Source: Candidatus Nanopelagicales bacterium
GTDB lineage: Bacteria; Actinomycetota; Actinomycetes; S36-B12
Direction: 5' to 3'
Length of the DNA stretch: 64,000 bases
Assembly: GCA_040398845.1 (NCBI GenBank)
Contig: JBBATH010000008.1
Coordinates: forward strand, 17,917 to 81,916
Shown: positions 1 through 9,165 of the stretch, piece after piece
Position numbering within the stretch: position 1 is the stretch's first letter
How the letters are laid out: each line of letters begins with the position of its first letter
The notes under the pieces: generated by a model
Told to the model about the DNA's origin: nothing
The model's input: the letters and a program-made list of their open reading frames with translations, nothing else
The model's database searches: none
Translations under genes and position numbers: made by a program

Positions 1-1070
1 GGGAGGCGGGCAACGATCGGGTCAACCGCGTAGATCTTGTCCTGCGTCTTGGGCCTGCCCGCCCACATTCGGCCGTCCTTCTGCGGGCACTGCCAGAGCA
101 GGTACGAATCTCGCAGGTACTCGACGTGTCTGGTGACGGCATCGGTTCGGATGTCAAGGTCGTCGGCCACCTTTGTCATGTTGGCGAAACTGGAGATTGT
201 CCCCCACAGCCGCTCGAGCAGGGCCATTTCCTTCGCCGCACCAAGTCGGGAAGCAACGAACGCGTCATTCGCCACAATGTTGAAAATGTCCTCGACGAAT
301 CCGCCAGAAATCTGCCGACCCTGATGGGCTGCCGCAACCGCCAGCGGGTACCCGCCGTATGACAGGTACTGCTCCCACAGCGGCACCAGATCGCCGAGCC
401 ATGGGAGAAGATCCTGGTACGAGGCTGCCGCGGCCGGGGAATGCAGGCCGGTGAGCGGCAACTGAGGTTGCAGAGGAGTTTCGGGGCCCTGCATTTGCTG
501 GACGAACGTTCGAAACCCCATCGGCATGAGGGTGCGGTCGAGGTTCGAAGCGCCACCGCGACGACCGGCGAGCTGCCCGGATGCCTCGGTCAGGCCCGTG
601 GCATTCGAACCAGTGAGGACCACTGTCGATGACCGAAAATCCGAATCGTTGTCGCGCATCCACTTGACCTGAGTGGCCCAATCGCCGGTCACAGACGTCA
701 CTTCATCAAGCAGCCAATACCGCGGCTGTCCAGATGGGACCCGGGGGAGCGCGGTGTTCTGAGTGAGGCTCCGCAGGTCACGCGCCGACCAGCCATCGAC
801 GGCCGCGCGAACGATTGCAGTAGGCGGAACTCCTGCGGTGATGAGGTCCTCAACAAGTTGCTTGATCGCGACCGTCTTGCCCACGCGCCGGAGGCCTCGA
901 AGCAGGTAGAGGCACCCGGATGAGAGATCGCCGAGCACGCCTGAGCGATAGGAAAGGCCGGAGTTCTCAACCTCGAGAAGGTCAAGGTCACGTGTTCGCC
1001 AGCGGGGATCTCGCCACCAAGGATTTTGAGTCGCCAGCTCCTGCGCCAACTGGCCAAGTTTCGTCCCCAT
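1..1070 (-). CDS. AAA+ ATPase, AAA_14/DUF4143 (COG1373-like); 3' end runs off the window
   Basis: Absent from the ORF track because it has no stop in the window. Manual translation from ATG 1070 gives MGTKLGQLAQELATQNPWWRD...LLRGLRRVGKT (Walker A)...WLLDEVT (Walker B)...VLTGSN...LAGR...YLSYGGYP, all typical of this family. Confidence 0.85.
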   Translation of the reverse strand, partial: MGTKLGQLAQELATQNPWWRDPRWRTRDLDLLEVENSGLSYRSGVLGDLSSGCLYLLRGLRRVGKTVAIKQLVEDLITAGVPPTAIVRAAVDGWSARDLRSLTQNTALPRVPSGQPRYWLLDEVTSVTGDWATQVKWMRDNDSDFRSSTVVLTGSNATGLTEASGQLAGRRGGASNLDRTLMPMGFRTFVQQMQGPETPLQPQLPLTGLHSPAAAASYQDLLPWLGDLVPLWEQYLSYGGYPLAVAAAHQGRQISGGFVEDIFNIVANDAFVASRLGAAKEMALLERLWGTISSFANMTKVADDLDIRTDAVTRHVEYLRDSYLLWQCPQKDGRMWAGRPKTQDKIYAVDPIVARL

Positions 1071-1079
1071 GACGCAAAA

Positions 1080-1151
1080 GTATACGTTCTTACCGCTTTA
1101 CCCATCTAAAATGTATACTTTATAGCCGCCTTCACCGGTAAGAACGTATAC
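1080..1151. promoter_or_regulatory. Symmetric operator-like element upstream of the ATPase
   Basis: Perfect 16-bp inverted repeat GTATACGTTCTTACCG (1080-1095) / CGGTAAGAACGTATAC (1136-1151), with a third GTATAC (1113-1118) exactly at the symmetry centre. Confidence 0.6.
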
Positions 1152-1198
1152 CTACGATCCCCCGCTCATGCCCACGAAGTCCCCGCCAGTCCTCGTCC

Positions 1199-1258
1199 GG
1201 GCGGGTAGATGTCGCTCTTCGGCGCGTTCTTGGGGGCCGCAGCGACATCATCCCGCCC
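1199..1258. repeat. Long imperfect intergenic hairpin (REP-like)
   Basis: GGGCGGG/CCCGCCC, GATGTCGCT/AGCGACATC and CGGC/GCCG nested stems. No U-tract follows the hairpin on either strand. Confidence 0.45.
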
Positions 1259-1334
1259 AAAAGCGACCCCGTCAGGTGCCTGCTGACAGTGACCCGACCG
1301 CTGGTCGATGCGTCAACTGGAGTGAGCGCATCGA

Positions 1335-1913
1335 CTAGCGGGGCAGCAGTCCGTCGTCGAACCGGCGCATACGGTCGTACAGAGGCTCCCACTGGGCTAT
1401 CCAGCCTTGTCCGGCGGCGCTCTCGAGCACCTGTCGGGTCGACCAGACGGCTAGGCAATCGGACGGATGCCCCTGGGCGCCCAGCCAGGTGAGTTCCGTC
1501 TTTGCACGGCGGCGGCCGTCGCTGTCGTCCATCAGGATGAACACGTTGTGCCCGGACTGCACGAGCACTGACGCATGCGCGATGACAAGAATCTCGCCAA
1601 GGCTCTTGGAGTTCTGCATTCGATTGAATGCCGGCATGTCGGTAATCCGGCTGATGGCATCCTCGAACATGCGGTTGCTGATGACGTCAGACAGCACAGT
1701 TATTCGGGAACTCGATACGAGCTTGTTCCATGTCGACTCCACAGGCGTCTGCTGAAAGCGAGTGTCCAGGCGGGCCTTTCCGAGAATCTCGCGTTCGACT
1801 CGCTCGGGTACATGGATGTTCGAGCCTTTGGCTGCAGCGACTTGTATGAGGATGTTCTGGTTGCTGGTTGCGAGGAAGTTCAGGGCAGGACCGGCATCGA
1901 GGAATATGGTCAC
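1335..1913 (-). CDS. PIN-domain-like protein (putative toxin)
   Basis: N-terminal IFLDAGPALNF, VPERVERE, SLGE and MDDSDGR acidic motifs fit a PIN fold. 4-bp overlap with the upstream peptidase. Confidence 0.65.
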   Translation of the reverse strand: MTIFLDAGPALNFLATSNQNILIQVAAAKGSNIHVPERVEREILGKARLDTRFQQTPVESTWNKLVSSSRITVLSDVISNRMFEDAISRITDMPAFNRMQNSKSLGEILVIAHASVLVQSGHNVFILMDDSDGRRRAKTELTWLGAQGHPSDCLAVWSTRQVLESAAGQGWIAQWEPLYDRMRRFDDGLLPR

Positions 1914-2707
1914 CGGCCGTCCGGAGCGTCAAAGATCGAGGCGGTCGAGTCCCAAGGGTCTGATTCGGTGGCCGGTGATTCGTCGGGAACTCCGAGTTCA
2001 GCTTCGAGTTCAGTGGGATCGCGGCGAAACCAGACGGCAAGCTCGTTGATGCTCAAGGCACCTGACTGGTAGGCGGCCACGGCTCGGGCAAGGAGTCCCT
2101 GCGGCGCTCGCGGTTCATCGCTCGCGGCGGCCAACTGGTCGTATCGATCCAGCCATCCGTGGACGGCAGCGAGCTGGCGGGTGGACAGATTCATCCATGC
2201 TGTGCTTGTCCGTAAGGTGATGCGACCAGCGTTTCGAAGCTGGATGGCCGCGATGGCGGGTGACACCCCAAACGTCTGCACCAGGTCGGACAACTTCGAC
2301 GTGTCCGACGTCTCCAGCGACGGGCCGTCCACCACGGCGCTGAGCGGAAGGAGCAGATGCCGACAGAAGGAATCCGCCTGAACTTCTGCATCGTTGCGGA
2401 CGCCCGAGGGCAGTGTCTGTCCGCCGTCGAGGTCCCCGGCGAGTAGATGGCCCAGTTCGTGGATGACGGACGAACGTTGACGCATGGGATGCGTATTCAC
2501 GCTGACAGCGATGCATGCCCGCCCGCTGGCGGTGTCCTGCATCAACAGCCCATGCTCAGCGCTATCTGCCTTGACCGACATAACGTCTACGCCTGTGGTG
2601 CGCTGCACGAACTCGAAGACATCTCCAATGGGAGTGCTTTCGCTCACGCCATTGTTGCGCCGGAACTCCTCGGCTCGCCCGCGAGCCAGGGCCTCATTGC
2701 TCGTCAC
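1910..2707 (-). CDS. ImmA/IrrE-family metallo-endopeptidase
   Basis: RQRSSVIHELGH (HExxH) and EVQADSFCRHLLLP motifs. Confidence 0.9.
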   Translation of the reverse strand: MTSNEALARGRAEEFRRNNGVSESTPIGDVFEFVQRTTGVDVMSVKADSAEHGLLMQDTASGRACIAVSVNTHPMRQRSSVIHELGHLLAGDLDGGQTLPSGVRNDAEVQADSFCRHLLLPLSAVVDGPSLETSDTSKLSDLVQTFGVSPAIAAIQLRNAGRITLRTSTAWMNLSTRQLAAVHGWLDRYDQLAAASDEPRAPQGLLARAVAAYQSGALSINELAVWFRRDPTELEAELGVPDESPATESDPWDSTASIFDAPDGR

Positions 2708-3045
2708 GGGGCCGAGAACCCCTGGCGGGCCAGGAATCCGTCGAGCTCGAAGTATGCATAGAGGTGGTATCGCAGCGTCGTCATGTCTGCCTCACTGCCA
2801 TCGGTCCGACCTGCGTAGCGCGTGCGATCGCCGACCTCGGCTAGTCCCGTGATTGCGCTCACCCTCACGCCGAAGGCCTCCGCAAGGAGCACGAGTTCGT
2901 CGGCTTTGAGTGGCCGTTCCCCATCCTCAATGCGCGAGTAGGTGGGCTGGGAGAGCCCGATCGCGCTTCCGGCAGCCTTCTGGGAGACGTGGACGCGTTC
3001 ACGGGCAGCGCGAAGCCGTTCATTCAGGGGCAGGGTGGCGGTCAC
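2704..3045 (-). CDS. XRE-family helix-turn-helix regulator
   Basis: RLRAARE...SQKAAG...LSQPTYSRIEDGERPL. Coupled to the peptidase by a 4-bp overlap. Confidence 0.9.
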   Translation of the reverse strand: MTATLPLNERLRAARERVHVSQKAAGSAIGLSQPTYSRIEDGERPLKADELVLLAEAFGVRVSAITGLAEVGDRTRYAGRTDGSEADMTTLRYHLYAYFELDGFLARQGFSAP

Positions 3046-3073
3046 TGAATAGCCTTTCTCTCACTATTCAGTG
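3043..3073. promoter_or_regulatory. Putative autoregulatory operator of the XRE-ImmA-PIN operon
   Basis: 10-bp inverted repeat CACTGAATAG-N11-CTATTCAGTG overlapping the XRE start codon. Confidence 0.5.
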
Positions 3074-3115
3074 TGTCGGACCGCTCGGGAAAAGGCAAGA
3101 CGGTGCGGAGGCAGA

Positions 3116-6100
3116 TCACATGCCAGCGAGTACCGCCAGCAGCTCCTCTGCGTAGACCTTTGGCGACTTGCGCTCGAGGTAGTCCACACGCTGCGTCTCG
3201 ATCACCTCGCGGTCGGCCGGGTGGGCCAGCCGGTATTCGATCGCCTCGGCCACCATGAGGGGGCTCGCCTCATCGGGCAGGCGGTCGATGTAAGCGGGCG
3301 TGTCCACGTCTATCGCAAGGCCTCGACTCGCGATAGACGGGGTACCAAAGGCTGCAAGGTCACTGAGGGGTCCGCTCACTCCGAGCAGTGGGCTCACCCG
3401 CAGTTGCACGCCAAGATCGACGGCCAGCAGGTAGTCGCGGAACTGCTCCTCGTCCAAGAACCCGGTTATCTCAAACTCCACGATCCCCGCCTCGACGGCG
3501 CGCTTTGTCAGCATCTCGGCCATCTGTGGGCTCGCAGCCCCGGCTAGGTGCAGGGAGACAGGCAAACCCCACTGGGCCAGCCAGGCTGCCGCCTCGATGA
3601 CGACGTCAACCATCTTCGTCCGCACGTCAACGAATCCGAAACTCGCAATATGCGCCAGATCGTCACTGAACCCCAGCCGCCTGCGGGCGTCACGGCGCAC
3701 CTCGTCGGTCACCGCGGCCGTTCGCGGCACTCGCTGATTGGCGAATGGCAGGACGAATAGACGAATGCCCGTCTCCTGCTCGATGCGGGGGGCAGCGGAC
3801 GGGGAGTGCATGACAAGCGCCTTCGCGCGGTGGGCGATCTCCCAGAAGCCCATGTTCTGAAGCAGTCGCATGTCGTCGATCTGCTCGGTGAGACTCGGCA
3901 CAAGCATCCGATGATCCGTCCCTCGGGTCATCACCTGTTCGACGCCACCGATGCCCCGCATCGCCATATAAAGCTCGACCATGCGCGTGTCGTGCAGTAC
4001 CGCCACGGTGTCGATCGACTTCATGACCTCGAGGAACGGCACATGGAAGTGGCTGTTGCCGAGCACGGTAACGAACGATTCGAAGTCGCCGCCCCCCGCA
4101 CTGCCCTGCGCGATGACGCTGTCGATGCTCTCGTGCTTGATGTGATCGGGTACCTGCGCATCAGAGGTCGTGAACAGCGTCAGGTCGCAGAGGTTGTTCA
4201 GCTCATCGGCGATCGCACCGCTGAAATCGGCGATCCCGGATTTCTGCGGGGGGAAGGGGGTAGCGAGGGCCACCTTAAAGTCGCTCCCAGTGAGATGAAG
4301 GCGCTCGGGGGGTAGTGCGACAACCGACGTGCCGAGACGTGCCAAGGTTCGCTCGGCAATGACACGCTCGAGATCACCATGCTGGTGTTCCGCCAGCCGC
4401 GCCTGCTGACGGGCGAACCCGCGCCTCGAGCCGCTGTACTTGCGAATGGCACGAGCCAGTTTGCGGATGCTCCTCGGGTCGACCAGGTAGGAGCCTCGGC
4501 CGATGAGCTCCCGGTGGGCCGGGATGTCCGCCGCGACAACGTTGGCACCGCAGTTGATCGCCTCAATGACCGGCAGGGAGAGGCCCTCGTCGAAGGATGC
4601 GACGACGACGAGGCTCGCTGAATTCAGCGTCTCGTGCAGTTCGGAGTCGCTCATGCGGCCCGCTGTAATCGCCTCGCCCGGGCGCATGGCGGCGTGAATG
4701 CTCCAGTGGTGGACGCGGGTGCCCTGGCCGGCCATGCCGATGACGAGGACGCTGCGAGGCTCGTCGCCGCCTGCGGTCGCGACGCCAATGGCGGCGAGGG
4801 CGCCATACGTGTTCTTTCGGCCCTCATCGCCAGTCATCACGACAATGGGACCCGTCGGTTGCCCCTCATGCGACGCGCTGACTGCAGAGACTCCGGACGG
4901 CCAGGCGACCTGAGAATTGGCCGGTTGCCGCCCGATGACCGCGGGCAGCTCGTCCTTCACAAGGTGCGAGATGCAGATGAATTCGTCATAGCCCCGCAGG
5001 GCATCGAGTCCGGCGGCATACTCCGCGCGCGCGGCGGCATGACGCAGGTAGATGGTCGGGTAATGCATCGGGATGAAGTCGAAGACGATGGCGATCTTGT
5101 GGGCCGTGCTGTGGAGGATCGGGATAAACGGCTCAGGGCTGGCGGTGAGCGGCGACGGCTCGATGAGCACCGAGAATCCCGGCACGTTCGCCTCGGTCAC
5201 GCGAGTGACCTGCAGGCAGGAACCCGCAAGATCATCGGGCAGACGCTCAAGTCCCCTATCAACGAGGAGCACGACCTTCTCGTCGCCGAGCGCCGCGCGA
5301 ATGCCGAGCAGCGCACTGCTCGCGAACCGGCCGATGCCGCGGGCGCCGAAGGCGGCACTCTGCAGGCTGCGGGCATCGAAGAGTACCCGATTGCCGATGG
5401 CGGCCGTGAGTGAATCGGGCGGCGAGGCGAGGCGCATGCGGGTGCGCAGGGCCGCCATGAGGCGTCCGAGCTCATCGTCGTGATTGTCAGTGCGTCGGTC
5501 TAGGGTCGCGTCATCGTCATAGGGGCCGGCGTCGAGCCACTCGGCGACGTCCAGGACATCCTGCGAGGAGAGGGGGACCAGACTGAAGCCACCACGTGAA
5601 GGGTCGGCCTTGCCGGCGCGCGCGCCCGGGAGGGCGGGCATGCCCTCGGAGGTGATCCAGTCGACAGACTCGGCAGGGGCCTTGCCGAGGTAGCCCGGGT
5701 CGACGAGATTCGGGAAGTTCGCGGTGACGTGACGTAGGTGACGCTCACGGATTACCACGCGCTGCAGCGGGCCGGGAGTCTTGAGGATTGCCAGGCGCAC
5801 CGCATGCTGGGCAAGCCGAACGGCCTTGCCTGCCTTCCGGATATAGCGCCAACTCCTCGATCCCTCAACGCTCGCAAGTGCAGTGCGCAGTTCAAGGATC
5901 TGCTTCTCGTACTCACCCGCAGGCACAGCGCCGCGGATGTCGTTGAGGATGAGCTCGCGCTGCCAGGCACGCCGGGCGTGCGCACGATCGCGGGCTTTCG
6001 CGAGGTCGGATTGATCGGCCTGCACCCAGCCGTGCATGCCGGCGTCGAGTGAATTGAACGGGGTCGAGACGGCCGAGACCAAGTCATCGTGCTCGGAGGC

Positions 6101-6736
6101 CACGTACCAGCGGTTCACGCCGTCGAAGGCGGCAAGCACGTAGCCCCGGCGCAGCAACTGCGGCTCCCAGACCTGATGGCTGGGCTCCTCCGTACCCGCG
6201 TGCACCGCCTCGATGCACATGACCCACGGCCGGTAGGCGCGCAGCGAGAACCCGTTGAGTACCAACGCCTCGGCACCCTCCACGTCGATCGACATGAAGT
6301 GGATCTCGGGGCCGATCAGGCACTCCTCGAGGATGGAGTCGAGCCGGCGGGCCACCACCGTGACCGCGACGGTCTCGAAGCCGCGGCTCGCAGCCGCCTC
6401 CGCCTCGCCCGTGTTCAGCGTTCCGAGGCCCGTGCCAGGGACCGTGTTGAAGGTGAGCGTGCCATCTGAGTCGCTCGCCGCGCATTCGACAACGGTGTCT
6501 CCTGGCCGGAGGGTGCGAAGGTCGCGGGCGAGCGCTGGATCGGCCTCAATGAGCAGGCCGCGCCAGCCGAGGTCATACAGGCTCGCGGTGATCGACAGGT
6601 GCCGCGGCTCATTCGCGCCGACATCGACATAAGTGAGGCCATCGCCCCGCTCGAGCGGCGGATCCTGCTGCATATGGAAGGCGCGCCAGACGCGGATGTC
6701 TTCGGCATTCTGGGCGTACGACACCTTCGGCTCCAC
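3116..6736 (-). CDS. FkbM-family methyltransferase fused to two GT4 glycosyltransferase domains (~1200 aa)
   Basis: SYAQNAED, YVDVGAN, MSIDVEGAE and RPWVMCIE (FkbM), then a short coiled-coil and SRSWR, then GT4 motif SFDEGLSLPVIEA and a second GT-B module (TPFPPQKSGIADFS, LGNSHFH). The likely start is GTG 6736, not 7024. Confidence 0.85.
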   Translation of the reverse strand: MEPKVSYAQNAEDIRVWRAFHMQQDPPLERGDGLTYVDVGANEPRHLSITASLYDLGWRGLLIEADPALARDLRTLRPGDTVVECAASDSDGTLTFNTVPGTGLGTLNTGEAEAAASRGFETVAVTVVARRLDSILEECLIGPEIHFMSIDVEGAEALVLNGFSLRAYRPWVMCIEAVHAGTEEPSHQVWEPQLLRRGYVLAAFDGVNRWYVASEHDDLVSAVSTPFNSLDAGMHGWVQADQSDLAKARDRAHARRAWQRELILNDIRGAVPAGEYEKQILELRTALASVEGSRSWRYIRKAGKAVRLAQHAVRLAILKTPGPLQRVVIRERHLRHVTANFPNLVDPGYLGKAPAESVDWITSEGMPALPGARAGKADPSRGGFSLVPLSSQDVLDVAEWLDAGPYDDDATLDRRTDNHDDELGRLMAALRTRMRLASPPDSLTAAIGNRVLFDARSLQSAAFGARGIGRFASSALLGIRAALGDEKVVLLVDRGLERLPDDLAGSCLQVTRVTEANVPGFSVLIEPSPLTASPEPFIPILHSTAHKIAIVFDFIPMHYPTIYLRHAAARAEYAAGLDALRGYDEFICISHLVKDELPAVIGRQPANSQVAWPSGVSAVSASHEGQPTGPIVVMTGDEGRKNTYGALAAIGVATAGGDEPRSVLVIGMAGQGTRVHHWSIHAAMRPGEAITAGRMSDSELHETLNSASLVVVASFDEGLSLPVIEAINCGANVVAADIPAHRELIGRGSYLVDPRSIRKLARAIRKYSGSRRGFARQQARLAEHQHGDLERVIAERTLARLGTSVVALPPERLHLTGSDFKVALATPFPPQKSGIADFSGAIADELNNLCDLTLFTTSDAQVPDHIKHESIDSVIAQGSAGGGDFESFVTVLGNSHFHVPFLEVMKSIDTVAVLHDTRMVELYMAMRGIGGVEQVMTRGTDHRMLVPSLTEQIDDMRLLQNMGFWEIAHRAKALVMHSPSAAPRIEQETGIRLFVLPFANQRVPRTAAVTDEVRRDARRRLGFSDDLAHIASFGFVDVRTKMVDVVIEAAAWLAQWGLPVSLHLAGAASPQMAEMLTKRAVEAGIVEFEITGFLDEEQFRDYLLAVDLGVQLRVSPLLGVSGPLSDLAAFGTPSIASRGLAIDVDTPAYIDRLPDEASPLMVAEAIEYRLAHPADREVIETQRVDYLERKSPKVYAEELLAVLAGM

Positions 6737-6895
6737 GCCGCCAAGACTAGACGTCAAGGATGCCCAGCCCCTCGGCTCCGCGAGGGCACCGCGCGGCGCC
6801 AACCGTCGCTCACGAATGATCAGGTTTCTGACGCACCGTGTGAGGCGTTGAAATGCTGCAGCTATGTCTGCCGAATCTCGTGCATGTGCAATCGA

Positions 6896-7158
6896 ATGGA
6901 TCAAGCCATTGTTCGAATCCCGAGCGTGCCCGTCGCGGTGAAGGCCGAGGCCGGGCTCGCCGCGGTCCGCCCGATCACCGAAGCTGAGGGCTACGAGCAG
7001 ATTGCCGCCCAGTACGCCGGGCATGCCGACGCTCGTCGCCGCATGTCTCGCCGTCGCGCCCCCGCCTGGTCGGACGAACCGTGAGCGTGCTCGTCGTCAA
7101 GTTCACGACATCGACCAAGCCAGCCATCAATGATGGATTGAACGCCGCACCCGCATGA
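6896..7158 (+). pseudogene. Relic MazE/MazF(PemK)-like toxin-antitoxin pair
   Basis: 6896-7084 reads MDQAIVR...EGYEQIAAQY...RRRAPAWSDEP. It overlaps (GTGA) a 25-aa ORF VSVLVVKFTTSTKPAINDGLNAAPA that resembles stitched PemK segments. The resemblance is from recall only. Confidence 0.45.
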
Positions 7159-7212
7159 CGACCCACGTCCGCTGCCGCGCCTCATTGACAGGCAGACCGC
7201 CGCGCGCGCAGA

Positions 7213-7296
7213 ATGTCACTGCCGGTCCATCGCGGTGGGTTCGGAAGTGAGCCTCGGGAGTTCCTGTCGGATGACGGGGCCCGAGGCTTCGCGCTT
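7213..7296 (-). ncRNA. Candidate DUF3800-associated structured RNA
   Basis: Begins just after the DUF3800-like stop. 9-bp stem AGCCTCGGG/CCCGAGGCT, inner GTC-ATCC-GAC, and a loop GGAA complementary to a downstream TTCC (possible pseudoknot). Structured RNA motifs next to DUF3800 genes are a known class. Confidence 0.55.
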
Positions 7297-7301
7297 CCCT
7301 A

Positions 7302-7916
7302 TCAGCCTTCCATTCGGATTAGTTGGACGGAATCGTCAGCGGACAAGGCTCTCCAGTGCTCGCCATCACCACGGTGGACTGCGTGAATCGCTCCACACAC
7401 GGCGTCAGGAATCCACAACAAGGATTCGCTCGGCCCGGGCAAGTGATCGATGCGCACATCGCTTCCGATGAGACGTTGCGAGCGCAAGGCGTCCAGCAAC
7501 CGACGATCTCGGTTGTTGTCCGCCCCACCTCGAGATTCCAGGGTGACAGAGGTAGCGCCGAGTGAACTCAATTCGAAGAGCAGTCGCGTCAGGCAAAGTC
7601 GCCTCTGACGTTCTTGGCGCTCTCGTAAAGCGGCGGGCCGCGTCACCACGATATGTCGGACTCGTAGCGAGGCCACGGCTTCGATGATCGAGCGCCTTCT
7701 GCCGCGACTTTCCTCCCGCCAGTGAAGTTTCTGTGACCCTCCCAGACGCAAGGATTCCATTACTGCTCGGCATCGATCAAGACTCAAGTCGGACAGGACG
7801 ACAGCCGCCATGGTGTAGGCACCGGGGCCTTCGTCACTTGATGCCGTGTGGGATTCGTCCAAGAAGGCAAACAAGGTCTGGCTCCTCGCTGGTCGCACCG
7901 CCGATGCCCGCATCAA
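7302..7916 (-). CDS. DUF3800-like (RNase H-fold) protein
   Basis: N-terminal AFLDES, KLHWRE, central LESR and C-terminal LWIPDAVCGA. Confidence 0.7.
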   Translation of the reverse strand: MMRASAVRPARSQTLFAFLDESHTASSDEGPGAYTMAAVVLSDLSLDRCRAVMESLRLGGSQKLHWREESRGRRRSIIEAVASLRVRHIVVTRPAALRERQERQRRLCLTRLLFELSSLGATSVTLESRGGADNNRDRRLLDALRSQRLIGSDVRIDHLPGPSESLLWIPDAVCGAIHAVHRGDGEHWRALSADDSVQLIRMEG

Positions 7917-8011
7917 ACTACTTTCGCTGCCGCTCGACAGCCGCGGTGCGGGCGATTGGGGATAGTGACCTCGCCATGCTCATCCCAACCCCGGGGGTGT
8001 TGTCTACCGAT

Positions 8012-9165
8012 TCAGTCGACAACCTTGATCCGGAGGCTCTGGTGGTACTTCCCCAAGAGGTGCTCCCAGTCGACGGTCGGCTCAACTCCAGACTCCACGG
8101 TGATCGCCTTGGCGGCCGTCGTCAGGGCCATCGGCACTTGGCCAAGGATCACGCGCAACCGGTCGAGCGCCATGCCCGGATCAAGGCCGAGGTTTTGCGC
8201 ACACGCAGTCCAGTCGGTCTCACCAACTCGAGTGAATGCATCATTGCTGCCAATCCGCATCGCTGAGTGCAGATTGCTCAGACCGGCAAACCTCGCGCCA
8301 TCAGGTCTCGTGAACGGAAGTGCGCTGTTGAGGTCATAGAGGGGAGCAAGGGTCGAGGCACCTCCTGATAGAAGGATCGAGTGGTTGCGTGCGTGGACGA
8401 CGCCGAGGCCTCAGGTGAGAGCGATGCGAGAAGGCCACTCATTCGCTTCACACCCGGGCCACCCTGCTGCTCATACTTCTGCCAGGCGGGCACGCCCAAC
8501 GCCTGGCACAGGTCCTCCTGATGAACGCGAACGATGCGTCCGGACGCATCGCGAACTCGGTCGTAACGTTCGGTAGCGAAGGCGTGACTGCCGTCCGGCA
8601 AGGCGAGGAGGGAAGAACCCGCGACCGACATGCCCAGCAGTCGCGCTCCCCGTGTCACGACCGCCTCGTGCAGATCGAAGTCGCCGAAACCGGGGATCGC
8701 CGGCTTGAGAATGTGGGTGGTCGGCTCAATGCCCCACGGAATGCCCCAGCGTCCGTCCTCGGATCGAAGTGCCAGCTTCGCTTGAGCGCCCGCGAGGCTC
8801 CAGCGCCCATGCGGGTATTCCCGACCACTCCGGCTCTGCGAGTTGGTCAACGAGGCCAAGCGTCTTGCCACCTCATCGAGGGAGATCCACTCGACTCCGC
8901 CATTACCAGTCGGCGGGTTCCCCTGATGGCGGACCCTGACGGCGCCGGGCAGATCATCACCAACGTGGGCGAGCAGGCCGAGGACATCGCGGGTCGACGT
9001 TGCCGGATTGCTGATGCAGCACAGTCAACGGCAGTGATCGAAAGAGCGGAGTCGCATCCGACCGGCTCGCATAGTCCGGGAGGTATGCAAGGGTCAGCAC
9101 ACCGTCCGATCGCCTGCCGAGCATCGCAACCTCGTCATCGCCGATAAGGACGAGCATGTCGTCAG
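8012..9165 (-). pseudogene. hipA: HipA kinase toxin pseudogene (two deletions/frameshifts)
   Basis: Three frames carry, in order, the N-terminal coupling domain; LLAHVGDDLPGAV, SLAGAQAKLAL, THILKP, ERYDR, HQEDLCQALG; and HARNHSILL...LAPLYDLNS. The segment before HARN containing the catalytic Asp is missing. Confidence 0.85.

Noticed and set aside
6737-7024. N-terminal 96 aa of the 1302-aa ORF
   Set aside because: FkbM homology begins at VEPKVSYAQ, and the extension overlaps a plus-strand TA relic.
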